From the NCBI RefSeq assembly GCF_964213995.1, contig NW_027590172.1, forward strand, positions 1 to 64,000: a stretch of DNA of 64,000 bases. The letters are read 5' to 3'. The translations under genes were made by a program, and so were the position numbers. Shown piece by piece: positions 1 through 11,699 of this stretch. Under the pieces are notes generated by a model. It did not search any database. It had not been told where the DNA came from and saw nothing but the letters and a program-made list of their open reading frames with translations. Each line of letters starts with the position of its first letter. Within the stretch, counting starts at the first letter, position 1. Origin of the DNA: Mustelus asterias (lineage: Eukaryota).

Positions 1-189
1 ATTTAGCTCCTGTGCTCGTTCTGGGCTGTTCCAGAGCACTCTGAATCAACACAGCAGCTTCCTGTTTCTGAAACACAGTCACTGCTGTTCACCTGGGAAA
101 CCCGGCAGGCACTGCACACAGCAGATCCCACAAACTGTCGGATAACCACCAAATGTTAGGCTGTTTGAAGGATAAAGATCGACTCTCGG

Positions 190-320
190 AAACCAGCGGG
201 AGCTTTCCTTCGCTCCATCCAGTAGTGGCCGTGGGATTTTACTGTCCACCTGACACAGCAGTGAGTGAGGAGGGGGGAAGCTTGGTTTCACTTCCTCAGC
301 ACTGACAGCTGGAGGCAGGT
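190..320 (-). mobile_element. Degenerate Deu-domain SINE fragment
   Basis: Resembles 63030-63262 (GCCGTGGGATTTT..CCACCTGA..GCTTGGTTT), the DeuSINE-like core. Confidence 0.45.
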
Positions 321-362
321 GATTGACAGTGTAGTGTGTGCAGCTGTCTGTGTGCCCACCTG

Positions 363-812
363 GGCAGCATGGTGGCACGGTGGTTAGCCTCACAGTGCCA
401 GCGCCCTGGGTTCGATTCCAGCCTCGGATAAATCATAGAATCCCGACAGTGCAGAAAGAGACCAATCGGCCCACAGAGCCTGCACCAACAACAACCCCAC
501 CCAGGCCCTATCCCCATAACCCCACGTATTTACACTGATCATATCCCCAACACTAAGGGGCAATTTAGCACGGCCAATCCACCTCAATCACACGTCTTTG
601 GAGTGTGGGTGGAAACCGGAGCAACTGGAGGAAACCCTCACAGACACGGGGAGAATGCACAAACTTCACACAACCTGAGGCTTGATTTGAACCCAGGTCC
701 CTGGTGCTGTGAGGCAGCAGTGCTACCCATTGTGCCGCCCGTGTCTGTGTGGAGTTTGCATGTTCTCCCCGTGTCTGCGTGGGTTTCCTCCAGAGGCTCT
801 GGTTTCCTCCCA
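363..812 (+). mobile_element. HE1-like tRNA SINE (363-427 and 741-812) interrupted by a nested antisense copy
   Basis: A/B-box-like head GGTGGCACGGTGGTTAG..GGTTCGATTCC. Body resumes at 741 (GTGTCTGTGTGGAGTTTGCA) and is cut by the G-rich array. Confidence 0.8.
431..740 (-). mobile_element. HE1-like SINE, near full length
   Basis: Reverse complement of the same family seen at 15593 and 61121, with CR1/HER1-like tail (..GGGATTCTATGATT). Confidence 0.85.
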
Positions 813-814
813 AG

Positions 815-2876
815 AGGGGAGGGGGGGGTTGAGGGGAGGGGGGGGTGAGGGGAGGGGGGGGGTGAGGGGAGGGGGGGGGTGAGGGGAGGGGGGGGGGTGA
901 GGGGAGGGGGGGGGGTGAGGGGAGGGGGGGGGGTGAGGGGAGGGGGGGGTTGAGGGGAGGGGGGGGGGTTGAGGGGAGGGGGGGGGTTGAGGGGAGGGGG
1001 GGGGTGAGGGGAGGGGGGGGGGTGAGGGGAGGGGGGGGGGTGAGGGGAGGGGGGGGGGGTGAGGGGGGGGGTGAGGGGGGGGGGGGTGTGAGGGGAGGGG
1101 GGGGGTGTGAGGGGAGGGGGGGGTGTGAGGGGAGGGGGGGGGTGTGAGGGGAGGGGGGGGGTGTGAGGGGAGGGGGGGGGTGTGAGGGGAGGGGGGGGTG
1201 TGAGGGGAGGGGGGGGTGTGAGGGGAGGGGGGGGGTGTGAGGGGAGGGGGGGGGTGTGAGGGGAGGGGGGGGGTGTGAGGGGAGGGGGGGGGTGTGAGGG
1301 GAGGGGGGGGGTGTGAGGGGAGGGGGGGGTGTGAGGGGAGGGGGGGGGTGTGAGGGGAGGGGGGGGGTGTGAGGGGAGGGGGGGGTGTGAGGGGAGGGGG
1401 GGGGTGTGAGGGGAGGGGGGGGGTGTGAGGGGAGGGGGGGGTGTGAGGGGAGGGGGGGGGTGTGAGGGGAGGGGGGGGTGTGAGGGGAGGGGAGGGGGGG
1501 TGTGAGGGGAGGGGGGGGGTGTGAGGGGAGGGGGGGGGGTGAGGGGAGGGGGGGGGGTGGAGGGGAGGGGAGGGGGGGGGGAGGGGAGGGGAGGGGGGGG
1601 AGGGGAGGGGAGGGGGGGGTGAGGGGAGGGGAGGGGGGGGTGAGGGGAGGGGAGGGGGGGGTGAGGGGAGGGGAGGGGGGGGTGAGGGGAGGGAGGGGGG
1701 GGTGAGGGGAGGGGGGGGGGTGAGGGGAGGGGAGGGGGGGGTGAGGGGAGGGAGGGGGGGGTGAGGGGAGGGGGGGGTGAGGGGAGGGGGGGGGTGAGGG
1801 GAGGGGGGGGGTGAGGGGAGGGGAGTGGGGGGTGAGGGGAGGGGAGTGGGGGGTGAGGGGAGGGGAGTGGGGGGTGAGGTGAGGGGAGGGGGGGGTGAGG
1901 GGAGGGGAGGGGGGGGTGAGGGGGGGGTGAGGGGAGGGGAGGGGAGGGGGGGGTGAGGGGAGGGGAGGGGGGGGTGAGGGGAGGGGAGGGGGGGGTGAGG
2001 GGAGGGGAGGGGGGGGGGTGAGGGGAGGGGAGGGGGTGAGGGGAGGGGAGGGGGGGGTGAGGGGAGGGGAGGGGGGGGTGAGGGGAGGGGGGGGTGAGGG
2101 GAGGGGAGGGGGGGGTGAGGGGAGGGGAGGGGAGGGGGGGGGGAGGGGAGGGGGGGGTGAGGGGAGGGGGGGGGGGGTGAGGGGAGGGNNNNNNNNNNNN
2201 NNNNNNNNNNNNNNNNNNNNNNNNNNNNNNNNNNNNNNNNNNNNNNNNNNNNNNNNNNNNNNNNNNNNNNNNNNNNNNNNNNNNNNNNNNNNNNNNNNNN
2301 NNNNNNNNNNNNNNNNNNNNNNNNNNNNNNNNNNNNNNNNNNNNNNNNNNNNNNNNNNNNNNNNGGTGAGGGGAGGGGGGGGTGAGGGGAGGGGGGGGTG
2401 AGGGGAGGGGGGGGTGAGGGGAGGGGGGGGGGGTGAGAGGGGGGGGGTGAGGGGAGGGGGGGGGTGAGGGAGGGGGGGGGTGAGGGGAGGGGGGGGTGAG
2501 GGGGAGGGGGGGGGTGAGGGGAGGGGGGGGGTGAGGGGAGGGGGGGGTGAGGGGAGGGGGGGGTGAGGGGAGGGGGGGGTGAGGGGAGGGGGGGGTGAGG
2601 GGAGGGGGGGTGAGGGGAGGGGGGGGTGAGGGGAGGGGGGGGTGAGGGGAGGGGGGGGTGAGGGGGGGGTGAGGGGAGGGGAGGGGGGGTGAGGGGAGGG
2701 GGGGTGAGGGGAGGNNNNNNNNNNNNNNNNNNNNNNNNNNNNNNNNNNNNNNNNNNNNNNNNNNNNNNNNNNNNNNNNNNNNNNNNNNNNNNNNNNNNNN
2801 NNNNNNNNNNNNNNNNNNNNNNNNNNNNNNNNNNNNNNNNNNNNNNNNNNNNNGAGGGGAGGGGGGTGAGGGGAGG
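815..2876 (+). repeat. G-rich minisatellite (GAGGGGAGGGGGGGGT and variants) with two assembly gaps (2189-2364, 2715-2853)
   Basis: Directly visible tandem units of about 15-21 bp. Confidence 0.95.
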
Positions 2877-3074
2877 TGGTCACTAATCCTCCCCCTCCCC
2901 ATTCTGAGACCACACCCGAAGCAGGAGTGAACGGAAGAGGCCGGAGGTGAATCGATAACCTCGAGGTGAGTGAGGAAACAGTCAGTGTGAGTTTGATGCT
3001 GCTGTGAAGAATGTGTCATGTCTTTTCACTGATTCTGTAACTGTGGAAATAAAGAGTTTCAGCAAAATGGGATA

Positions 3075-3226
3075 AAAGCAAATTACTGCGGATGCTGGAA
3101 TCTGAAACCAAAAGAGAAAAAGGTTTGTCAAAGGGTCATCCAGACTCGAAACATCAGCTCTTTTCTCTCCTGACAGATGCTGCTAGACCTGCTGAGATTT
3201 TCCAGTGTTTTCTCTATTGCTTTCAG
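3075..3226. mobile_element. Penelope-derived inverted-repeat fragment
   Basis: Same family as 35706-35891, 38362-38518 and 42080-42225 (GATGCTGGAATCTGAAAC / CAGATGCTGCCAGACCTGCTGAG). Confidence 0.65.
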
Positions 3227-4184
3227 CAAAACGGGGCCTCTGTAAAATGACAGCAGACAAAACCGAGACTCAGATTTCACTGACTCCACCAGCTTAAAAC
3301 TCTCCTGTTCCACTTTAAACTCTGCAGCACTCTCACCTTTTCTCTCCCACAATATTCAGGCTTCAGTAACCCGAGCTGGTGGTTAAATAACCATTCCCTA
3401 TTTGCTGACTCATTTCACCATCACTCCTATTCTTCCAGCGCAATCCCAATCCCCACTTCCACTGCTGAAGAACACTAACAGACATCCCTCCCTCCGTGTT
3501 CAACTCTTCAATGTTCACCTTTTCAGTTGGGTAGGGTTTCAATTGAGAATCATAGCACATCCCATTTCCACCTCCTCGTGGTGTCTGGACCAGATCAGGT
3601 GAATTTTCCACTAAAAGCTCTGTTTAATCCTTCTCCCCAAACTCCAGCATCTACAAGGCACAACTCTTGTGTCCAATTGAATAAGCTCCAATTTTCTGAC
3701 TTAGTGCAGCTCCAACAACTCAGGAAGCTCAACACCATCCAAGACAAAGCAGCTTGATTGGCAATCCTCCTACAAACATCTACTCCCTCCAACACTGACT
3801 CACATGGCAGCTGTGTGTACCACCTACAAGATGCACTGCAAGCACTCACCAAGGCTTCTTTGACAGCATGTTGCAAACCCGCAACCTCTAGCCCCTTGGA
3901 GAAGGGCAGCAAATGCCTGGGAACATCATCACCTGCACGTTCTCCTCCAAGTCACTCACCATCTATACTCAGAGATTGATTACAATGTGAAATTCACTGC
4001 CACAGGAACTAGCTGGACAACTCATAGTTTAAAAAGGAAATGTGATGAGTACATGAGGGAAAGGAGATTAGAAAGATGAGCTGAAAGGCTGAAATGAGGG
4101 AGATGGAATGGGAGGTGTCTTGTGTGAAATATAAACCCCAGCACAGACTAGTTAAAACGAACAATGTCTTTCTGGTCTGGATAT

Positions 4185-4498
4185 TCATAGAATCCCTACA
4201 GTGCAGAAGGAGGCCATTCGGCCCATTGAGTCTGCACCCACCACAATCCCACCCAGGCCCTCTCCCCATAACCTCGTGCATTTACCCTAGCTAGCCCCCC
4301 TGACACTCAGGACAATTTAGCATGGCCAATCCACCTAACCCACACATCTTTGGACTGTGGAAGGAAACCGGAGCAAACCCATGCAGACACGGGGAGAATG
4401 TGCAAACTCCACACAGACAGTGACCCAAGCCGGGATTCGAACCCGGGACCCTGGCATTGTGAGTCAGCAGTGCTAACCACTGTGTCACCGTGTCGCCC
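4185..4498 (-). mobile_element. HE1-like SINE
   Basis: Full family sequence, antisense. Confidence 0.85.
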
Positions 4499-5789
4499 AA
4501 GAATGAGAGAATTCTCTGTGATTCAATGTAATATCTGACCGGTTCTTGATCAGTAAGTTCCACCATTTGCACTGCACCGGTCAGAGTATAACCTGATGCT
4601 GAGTAATCACACTGAGATTCTGTCATGTGTAAAATTACAAATTGCAACATTGTCATTGAAATTGGTGCACAGAAATTTTCATCAATCAGATCCACTCTCA
4701 AAAATGTTCTCCCAAACAACGCACTCTCTCAGATCTTTTCAGCAAGGATCCACTTCCAGGATTTCAATCTCTCCTTTCACTATTCTTCTGCCTCAGATTA
4801 TCACATGCACTCAAGCTTCCACACAATCTCTCAGGTACCCAGCCATATCAACAGAACACCACTGTTTCACAGGTAGTACCAAAGTCCCAACCTTAGGATT
4901 ACTTCAGATTCTGGCTTTTTGCCAGCCAACTTCACCAGGTGTGTTGCCTTGAACTGGAAGCCTCTCTCTACCCCTTTCTTTAACTTCAGGGAACAGTATC
5001 TTGTTCAGATTCCCTTTGACTTCAGTTTTCCTCAGACTTTTTTCATTCCCTGGTTTCTGGAACTATCTGTTCTTCAACTTCTGGGACTTTCTTTCTTGCC
5101 CTTACTCCATTGTTCTGCCTAATGGTTCTGGCAGTTTCCTCTTCAGCTAACTCAAAAATTATTTCTGACCCAAAATGGCCACTGGTTGCCAAGTCTTTCC
5201 TTACCTCGTCTTTCCTTATGTGTGTTTTCACATTGTAAACTCTCTGAATACAATACAGGCACAGTTTGAAATGAAACCAAAACCCCATACATGCAAACAC
5301 CTTTATTTAACATTAATCTATGAAAGTTTTAACCCTTCTGTATACAGAAACACCGAATTAAACTCACTTAAATGTATATCTTATTTCTAATATCCAACAA
5401 TAAAAATATAGGTTACTAAATCGACTGCTTGACAGAGAGAAACTAAAGAAAGATGAGTTTAGGGTTGGGCAAATTGTTAGACACAGTTTGACCCAATGGA
5501 AGCGAGGGAAACAGCAGAGGCAGCTGATCAGACTGTCTCAATCTTAGTGACAAAGGAGCTCCATGAGCTCCTCAGACTTGCTGTTGTAGGTGAGGATGGA
5601 GGAGAGAGGGAGGATCCTTCAAAAGGAACTAAAACAGAAAATGCTGGAACGGTATGTGTTGTCTGCAAAGCGCACAATAAACAATACTTTTCACTGGATC
5701 CCAATCCATGCGACAATAATAAATCAAACAAAAAATCAGATCAAAATAAGATACTGCAGATACTGGAAATCGAACCTCAAAACTGAGTG

Positions 5790-6540
5790 GATCTCTTCCC
5801 AAACTCAGAGCAGGTGAATAGCCTCTCCCCAGTGTGAACTCGCTGGTGTACAGGGATTCCCTGAACCACGTCTCACAGTAAAAGCAGCTGAATGGTCTCT
5901 CATCAGTGTGAACACGTTGATGAGACATCAGTTCTCTACAGCTTTTATAGCAGTTCTCACAGTCTGGGCATTTAAAAGGTCTCTCCCCAGTGTGAAGCGG
6001 GGGTGGTTGGAGGGTAGATTATGGAGTGAATCCCTTCCAAAAGTGTCCTGGACCAGAACCCATAAATTATGTTCGGAAGCCAGATTAGATCCAAACAAAG
6101 TTTTCTATTTTGGCATAAATGTGAGGATAGGATGCTTCACTCCAGGAGTAATTCCACTGACAAATTAGGAATCTTTCATGGTAAAACAAACTTTATTTAA
6201 CAACAGCTTAAATATAATTCCAAAAAATGAAGCAGCTTAACTATTAACAGTTGAACAATATTTAAAAGTGAAAGGAAACAACTTTAATTTCTAATTTAGC
6301 ACAATTTCAGTTCCAAATATGCAACATTCCTCAGAGATGTAGATCCCACTTCAATTACAGTTAGAAACCATAAATATACTTGCTATAATGAGTATAGACT
6401 GTCCTGAAGTTTCAGAGAGAAGACAAGTCTTAGAGCAGCTTGTAGAAACCCTCCATCTTCAAACAGCCCCCGGTGTGCTTCCAGCTCTGACAGGTAACTG
6501 AAACTCTCCTCACAGTCTGCACATTTTCATGGTTTCTCCC
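5790..6540 (-). pseudogene. Decayed C2H2 ZNF array downstream of the 7392 gene, interrupted by a solo LTR
   Basis: EKP*KCADC at 6540-6493; [25 protein letters not shown] at 6040-5790, with frameshifts. Confidence 0.75.
6044..6492 (-). mobile_element. Putative solo LTR
   Basis: TGTC..GACA termini, AT-rich body, minus-strand AATAAA at 6192-6197, inserted in finger sequence. No clear TSD. Confidence 0.5.
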
Positions 6541-6555
6541 TAATTTGAAATCCAA

Positions 6556-7392
6556 TCACAACTTGTGAATTCGCTGGTGCGTCAGAAGATTCGATGAGGT
6601 AACGTATCCCTTCCCACACTGCAAGCAGGTGAATGGCCTCTCCCCAGTGTGAACCCGCTGATGTATTGCTAGTTTAGACGTCTGATTGAATCCCTTCTCA
6701 CACACAGAGCAGATGAATGGCCTCTCTGTGTGGATTCGCTGGTGTATTGCTCGGTTGGATGAGTGATTGAATCCTTTCCCACACACAGAGCAGATGAATG
6801 GTTTCTCCCCAGTGTGAACTCGCTGGTGTGTCAGCAGAGTTGATGACCGACTGAATCCTTTCCCACACACAGAGCAGGTGAATGGCCTCTCCCCAGTGTG
6901 AATTCGCTGGTGTGTGAACAAGGTGGCTGACTGAGCAAATCCCTTTCCACACTGGGAACAGGTGAATGGCCTCTCCCCAGTGTGAACTCGCTGGTGTTTC
7001 AACAAAGTAGATGAGTCAGCAAATCCCTTCCCACACTGGGAGCAAGTGAATGGCCTCTCCTGAGTGTGAGTTCGCTGGTGTATCAGCAGAGTGGATGAGT
7101 GAGAAAATCTCTTCCCACATTCAGAGCAGGTGAACGGTTTCACCCCAGTGTGAACACGCTGGTGTATTGCTAGGTTTGATGACTGATTGAATCCCTTCCC
7201 ACATTGGGAGCAGGTAAACGGCCTCTCCTCAGCATGAGTCCTCTGGTGTATATGTAAGCTGGATAACTGAGTGAATCCCTTCCCACACTGAGAGCAGGTG
7301 AATGGCCTCTCCCCAGTGTGACTGCGTCGATGAGTTTCCAGCAGGGATGGGTAATTGAATTCCTTCCCACAATCCTCACACTTCCATGCCAT
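6556..7392 (-). CDS. C2H2 zinc-finger protein, 10 fingers, no effector domain
   Basis: Intact 278-aa ORF of CxxC-x12-HxxxH repeats with TGERP linkers. Putative splice acceptor TTTCACAG at about 7617. Confidence 0.88.
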   Translation of the reverse strand: MAWKCEDCGKEFNYPSLLETHRRSHTGERPFTCSQCGKGFTQLSSLHIHQRTHAEERPFTCSQCGKGFNQSSNLAIHQRVHTGVKPFTCSECGKRFSHSSTLLIHQRTHTQERPFTCSQCGKGFADSSTLLKHQRVHTGERPFTCSQCGKGFAQSATLFTHQRIHTGERPFTCSVCGKGFSRSSTLLTHQRVHTGEKPFICSVCGKGFNHSSNRAIHQRIHTERPFICSVCEKGFNQTSKLAIHQRVHTGERPFTCLQCGKGYVTSSNLLTHQRIHKL

Positions 7393-8869
7393 CTCCCTGT
7401 TGTGACTGCAATTATGTTTCCAAAGGCCAGATGATTGGTTGAAGTCTTATCCACAAACAGAACACATGTACAGTTTCTCTCCACTGTGAACGGTGCTTTT
7501 TTCTTCCAATTTCAAAATACAATGATATTCAGGTTACAGTAAATTGGCCGACTCATCAGATTCTGATATCATGTTTTGTTTCAGTTTCTCAACTGCAAAT
7601 CTTCTTCTTGTAAACCCTGTGAAATTGATTTAAAACAGAAAAAAGTGAGTGAGAAAGAACCCACAAAAACACAAAGGTGGGTTGTGGAATTGAGCTGAAT
7701 GCATCTGCTAATTTGTGGGGCCGCGGTGAGGAAAGGGTAACCAAGAAAGCTGCTGGATTGTCATACAAACCCAGCTGGTTCACTGATATCCTTCAGGGAA
7801 TGAAACCTGCCAGAAGGTCTGGGTCTACACAAGACTTTGGGAGGAGATAGAGAGAAGTAGGAGTGGCCGGGGTGAAGGCAAGGGATTTTATACATCTACA
7901 ACTTGACAAGAACTTTGACAGAATCTCACAAACCCTCAACTCCACCAACTCGAAGGACCAAGATAGCAGATGGATATAAACACCATCACCTCCGAGTTCC
8001 TCCAACCCACACACCATCCTGACTTATCTGACTTCCAGTACTAAACGAACAGAAATTTATTTCATATAAATACTGGGAAGACTGAACCCACTGTCTTCAG
8101 TCCCCTCTCCAAACTCCACTCCCTCGCCAACAACTCTATCCCTCTTCCTGGCAACATGTCTGACCTGAACCAGGCTGTTCACAATCCTGGTGAAATATTT
8201 CACCCAAAGATGAGCTTCCAGCCACATATCCAGATCATCATCACTATTTCCATCTCAGTGACATCGCCCGACTCCACCCCAGTCTCAGCTCATCTGGAAT
8301 TCTCATCCATTCCATTGTGATGTGAAACTCAGGGGAATGGGAATATAGAGGGGGAATGGGACTGGCTGAATTGCTCCAAAGAGGGTTGGCATGGATTTGA
8401 GTTGCCAAATGGATTCCTTCTATGTTGTAATGTCTCCATCAGTGGAAATAGGTAACGTTGACACAGTGCCTTTTATATATCAAGACAAGAAATAGGGAAT
8501 CATAAATAACATAGCACGTACCATATAACTACATTAAACATATCTCTGTCCCAAGCGAATTTACTGTTCATTTAAACTGCCTTCTCCTGGGAAAACTCCC
8601 CCTTTAATTGTGAACATTAGGTAAGAGGCTATCCTATTAGCCAGATAAATAGGTGCGACATCCTGAGGGAGTCAAAAGATGTCAATATCTTTGAGAGAGA
8701 AAGAAAAATATACCTGGGTCTCGTCCTGCTCCTAATGCCCGATGTTCGTCTGTAATAGTTCCAGTCTGCAGCCTCCCTAAATTCACTTCCTCTCCCTTCA
8801 GTTGCTGCAAGTGCCCAATTTCCCCCAGAATGAGAAAAGAAATGGAAAGGGGGAAACATTGATTTCCTC

Positions 8870-9480
8870 CCAGATGTTGTCCAGAGGAGGAAGTTTCACT
8901 CTGAAAATCATCAACAAACTTTTGCATTGTGACGTCAATGGAGGCCTGCCTATATCAGCCAATAGGAATCAGTCTGCACCGCAGTGACATCCTCGGGTTC
9001 CAGTGCGCAGGCCTGGGCGCGCGGACACGGGAGTCCCGCCCCCACCCCACCGATTGTTCCCCCTCCCTCTGCACCTCCTCGAGCCAAGGTTTCCGGGCAA
9101 CCGGCTGGCGGCTCCGGCCAGAGCGAGAAGCCGCTCGGTGATCTCCCCCTCCCCCCTCTCTCTCCGGCGGCTGCTGCTCCAAAAAGAGATCGAGAGCGAC
9201 CGCTGGCGGCAGCCGCACTGCGCCTGCTCCGGACAGCTCGGCTCAGCAGCGCTCTCTGCGCCTGCGTGCTGGGCTGCCAGCTGAGGGAGTGGGGGAGGGG
9301 ACTTTGCAAAATCTCTTCCCATCATTTTCTTCCAAGTCCCGCAGTTTGATTTGAAACAGAACAGCTTCTGTTTGTAGCTTCACCACAGACTCCAACTTCA
9401 CACACAGACTCAAACTTCACACACAGACTAAAACTTCACCACAGACTCAAACTTCATCCTCTGGACAACATCTGTGAGGA
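8870..9480. promoter_or_regulatory. Putative bidirectional CpG-island promoter
   Basis: CpG-rich; CRE TGACGTCA 8930-8937, CCAAT 8959-8963, GC box about 9035, NRF1-like TGCGCCTGC. Lies between divergent ZNF ORFs. Confidence 0.7.
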
Positions 9481-10316
9481 AAACACTTTCTTTTTCCCCC
9501 TGGGAATTACAGAGAGTTGTGGGACTCTGGAACTGGAATTAGAGCTAAATATACTGAGGGGGAAATGTTTGTGATTTTGTGGAACCTGTTTTTATTGTCT
9601 GAGCTTTTTAAAGTGTAATTTATCTTGTGCATTCAAATAATGTTTCTTTGCATGATTTAGTGATGCTGGTTTTAAATTGATTTGTAAAGTATTTTTTAAA
9701 ATGTGAAACCTTGTCCTTCAGTATTCCATTGGAACTTTCTGAAATTTGTTTACTTTTTAGATTAGTCACAACAGAGATATATCTTGTGTTCATATATTTG
9801 GTATATTTATGTTTCGGTAATAAGATTCATTGTTTTATTCTTGTAATACAGCATGTCGTTACGTTATATAGTTCCAGTCAAAGAGACATTACAATTCAGA
9901 AAGATTGCTTTTAAAATCTGGAGTAAATATAGTTTTCTCAAATCTCCTTCCTATCACCTCTCTAATTAAGAAATGCGGCACTGTATACCACATGTTTTTA
10001 GTCCAGTTATATTCAAAATTATCTGTTCTGAATTTCTATCCAGTACTGACGGTGATGACTTTTATCAATTCCTTTTACAGGATAATGGAGGGGAGGATTG
10101 ACAGATTGAAATCTCAAAGGAAACATCAAGTGAAGAATTAACAGAATTGTTCGATTATTGGGACCAGGATATCATCGGCATTTGAGTCCAGGAGAAATGT
10201 TTCTCTCTTCTATCTGCTTCAAAAGATTTTAAACATTGGTGTAACACACACACACACACACACACACCAACCGCAACTGATCAGCAAACCTGGAGAGATA
10301 CAAGGACACTGGCACC

Positions 10317-10925
10317 ATGGAGAAACTGTGGAAATGTGGACACTGTGGAAAGGGATTCAGATTCCCGTCGGAGCTGGAAATTCATCGGCGCAGTCACACT
10401 GGGGAGAGACCATTCACCTGCACTAAGTGTGCAAAGGGATTTACGAATTCATCCGATGTAATGACACACCAGCGAGTTCACACAGGGGAGAGGCCGTTCA
10501 TCTGTTTGCAGTGTGGAAAGGGATTCTCTCGCTCCTCCAACCTCCGGATACACCAGCGAATTCACAGTGGGGAGAGGCCATTTACCTGCTCCAAGTGTGT
10601 GATGAGTTTCAGTCGGTTATCTCAGTTGCAGACACACCAGCGAGTTCACACTGGGGAGAGGCCATTCACCTGCTCTGAATGTGGAAAGAGATTCTCTCTC
10701 TCCTACAACCGACAGATACACCAGCGAGTTCACACCAGGGAGAGACCGTTCACCTGCTCTGAGTGTGGGAAAGCTTTCGCTACTTCATCTGACCTGCTGA
10801 GACACGAGCGAGTTCACACAGGGGAGAGGCCATTCAGCTGTCTCGAGTGTGAGATGAGATTTAATCGATTATCTCACTTGCAGACACACCAGCAAGTTCA
10901 CAAAAGGGAGAGGCTGTTCAGCTGA
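10317..10925 (+). CDS. C2H2 zinc-finger protein, 7 intact fingers (2 decayed fingers follow to about 11066)
   Basis: 202-aa ORF, Kozak CACCATGG, putative acceptor TTTTACAG at 10080. Confidence 0.82.
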   Translation: MEKLWKCGHCGKGFRFPSELEIHRRSHTGERPFTCTKCAKGFTNSSDVMTHQRVHTGERPFICLQCGKGFSRSSNLRIHQRIHSGERPFTCSKCVMSFSRLSQLQTHQRVHTGERPFTCSECGKRFSLSYNRQIHQRVHTRERPFTCSECGKAFATSSDLLRHERVHTGERPFSCLECEMRFNRLSHLQTHQQVHKRERLFS

Positions 10926-11145
10926 ATGAGAAAGCATTCATTGATTCATCCGACCTTCTGACACACCAGTGTCTTCATGCTGGGGAGAGGCCATTCACTG
11001 GGTCTGTGCAGGATGGTATTCACTCAGTTATCCAATCTGTTCAGATACCAGTGAGCTCACAAGTGATGACAGGGACTGGATTCTGCTGTTATTGCTGCTG
11101 TTATTCACATCCAGAACTGAACCATGTTCACTCTGACAGTTTTAT

Positions 11146-11500
11146 TTTTATTCAGTGTGGGACATGGGTGTCGCTGGTCAGCATTTATTGCCCATCCCTA
11201 GTTTCTCTCGAGAGGGCAGTTGAGTGACAGTCACATTGCTGTGGCTCTGGAGTCACATGTCGGCCAAACTAGGTGAGGATGACAAATTTCCTTCCCTAAA
11301 GAACGTTAATGAACCAGATGGGTTTTTCCGACAATCAACAGCGGTTTCATGGTCATCAGTAGATTCTCAATTCCAGATGTTTTTTATTGAGGTCAAATTC
11401 CACCATCTGCCGTGGTGGGATTCGAACACATGTCCCCAGAACATTAGCTGAGTTTCTGGATTAATAGTCTAGCGATTGTTCCACCAGGCCATCGCCTCCC
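11146..11500 (-). mobile_element. tRNA-derived SINE (second family) in ZNF 3'UTR
   Basis: Minus-strand head GGGAGGCGATGGCCTGGTGG..GTTCGAATCC; other copies at 49553 and 56200. Confidence 0.75.
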
Positions 11501-11699
11501 CAAAGTGGGACGGTCGGACGGTTTCTTTCTGCGGGACTGACCAGTCTCAGGATTTAGCTTCCAGTGGGCTGATGCTCTTTGAGCTGCTCCGCCATTCAAT
11601 GTGATCATGGCTGTTATTAATATGTACAGCAAATTGTAATCTTCTAAATAGGATATTCAGATGGTGATACATTTTCATTTCTTCCTGAGGAAGAGGTTT

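Noticed and set aside
565-3019. Long Pro-rich and Gly/Arg-rich ORFs
   Set aside because: Translations of the G-rich minisatellite and N gaps.
4520-5450. Possible LTR-element internal region
   Set aside because: No recognisable gag/pol motif or termini; left unannotated.
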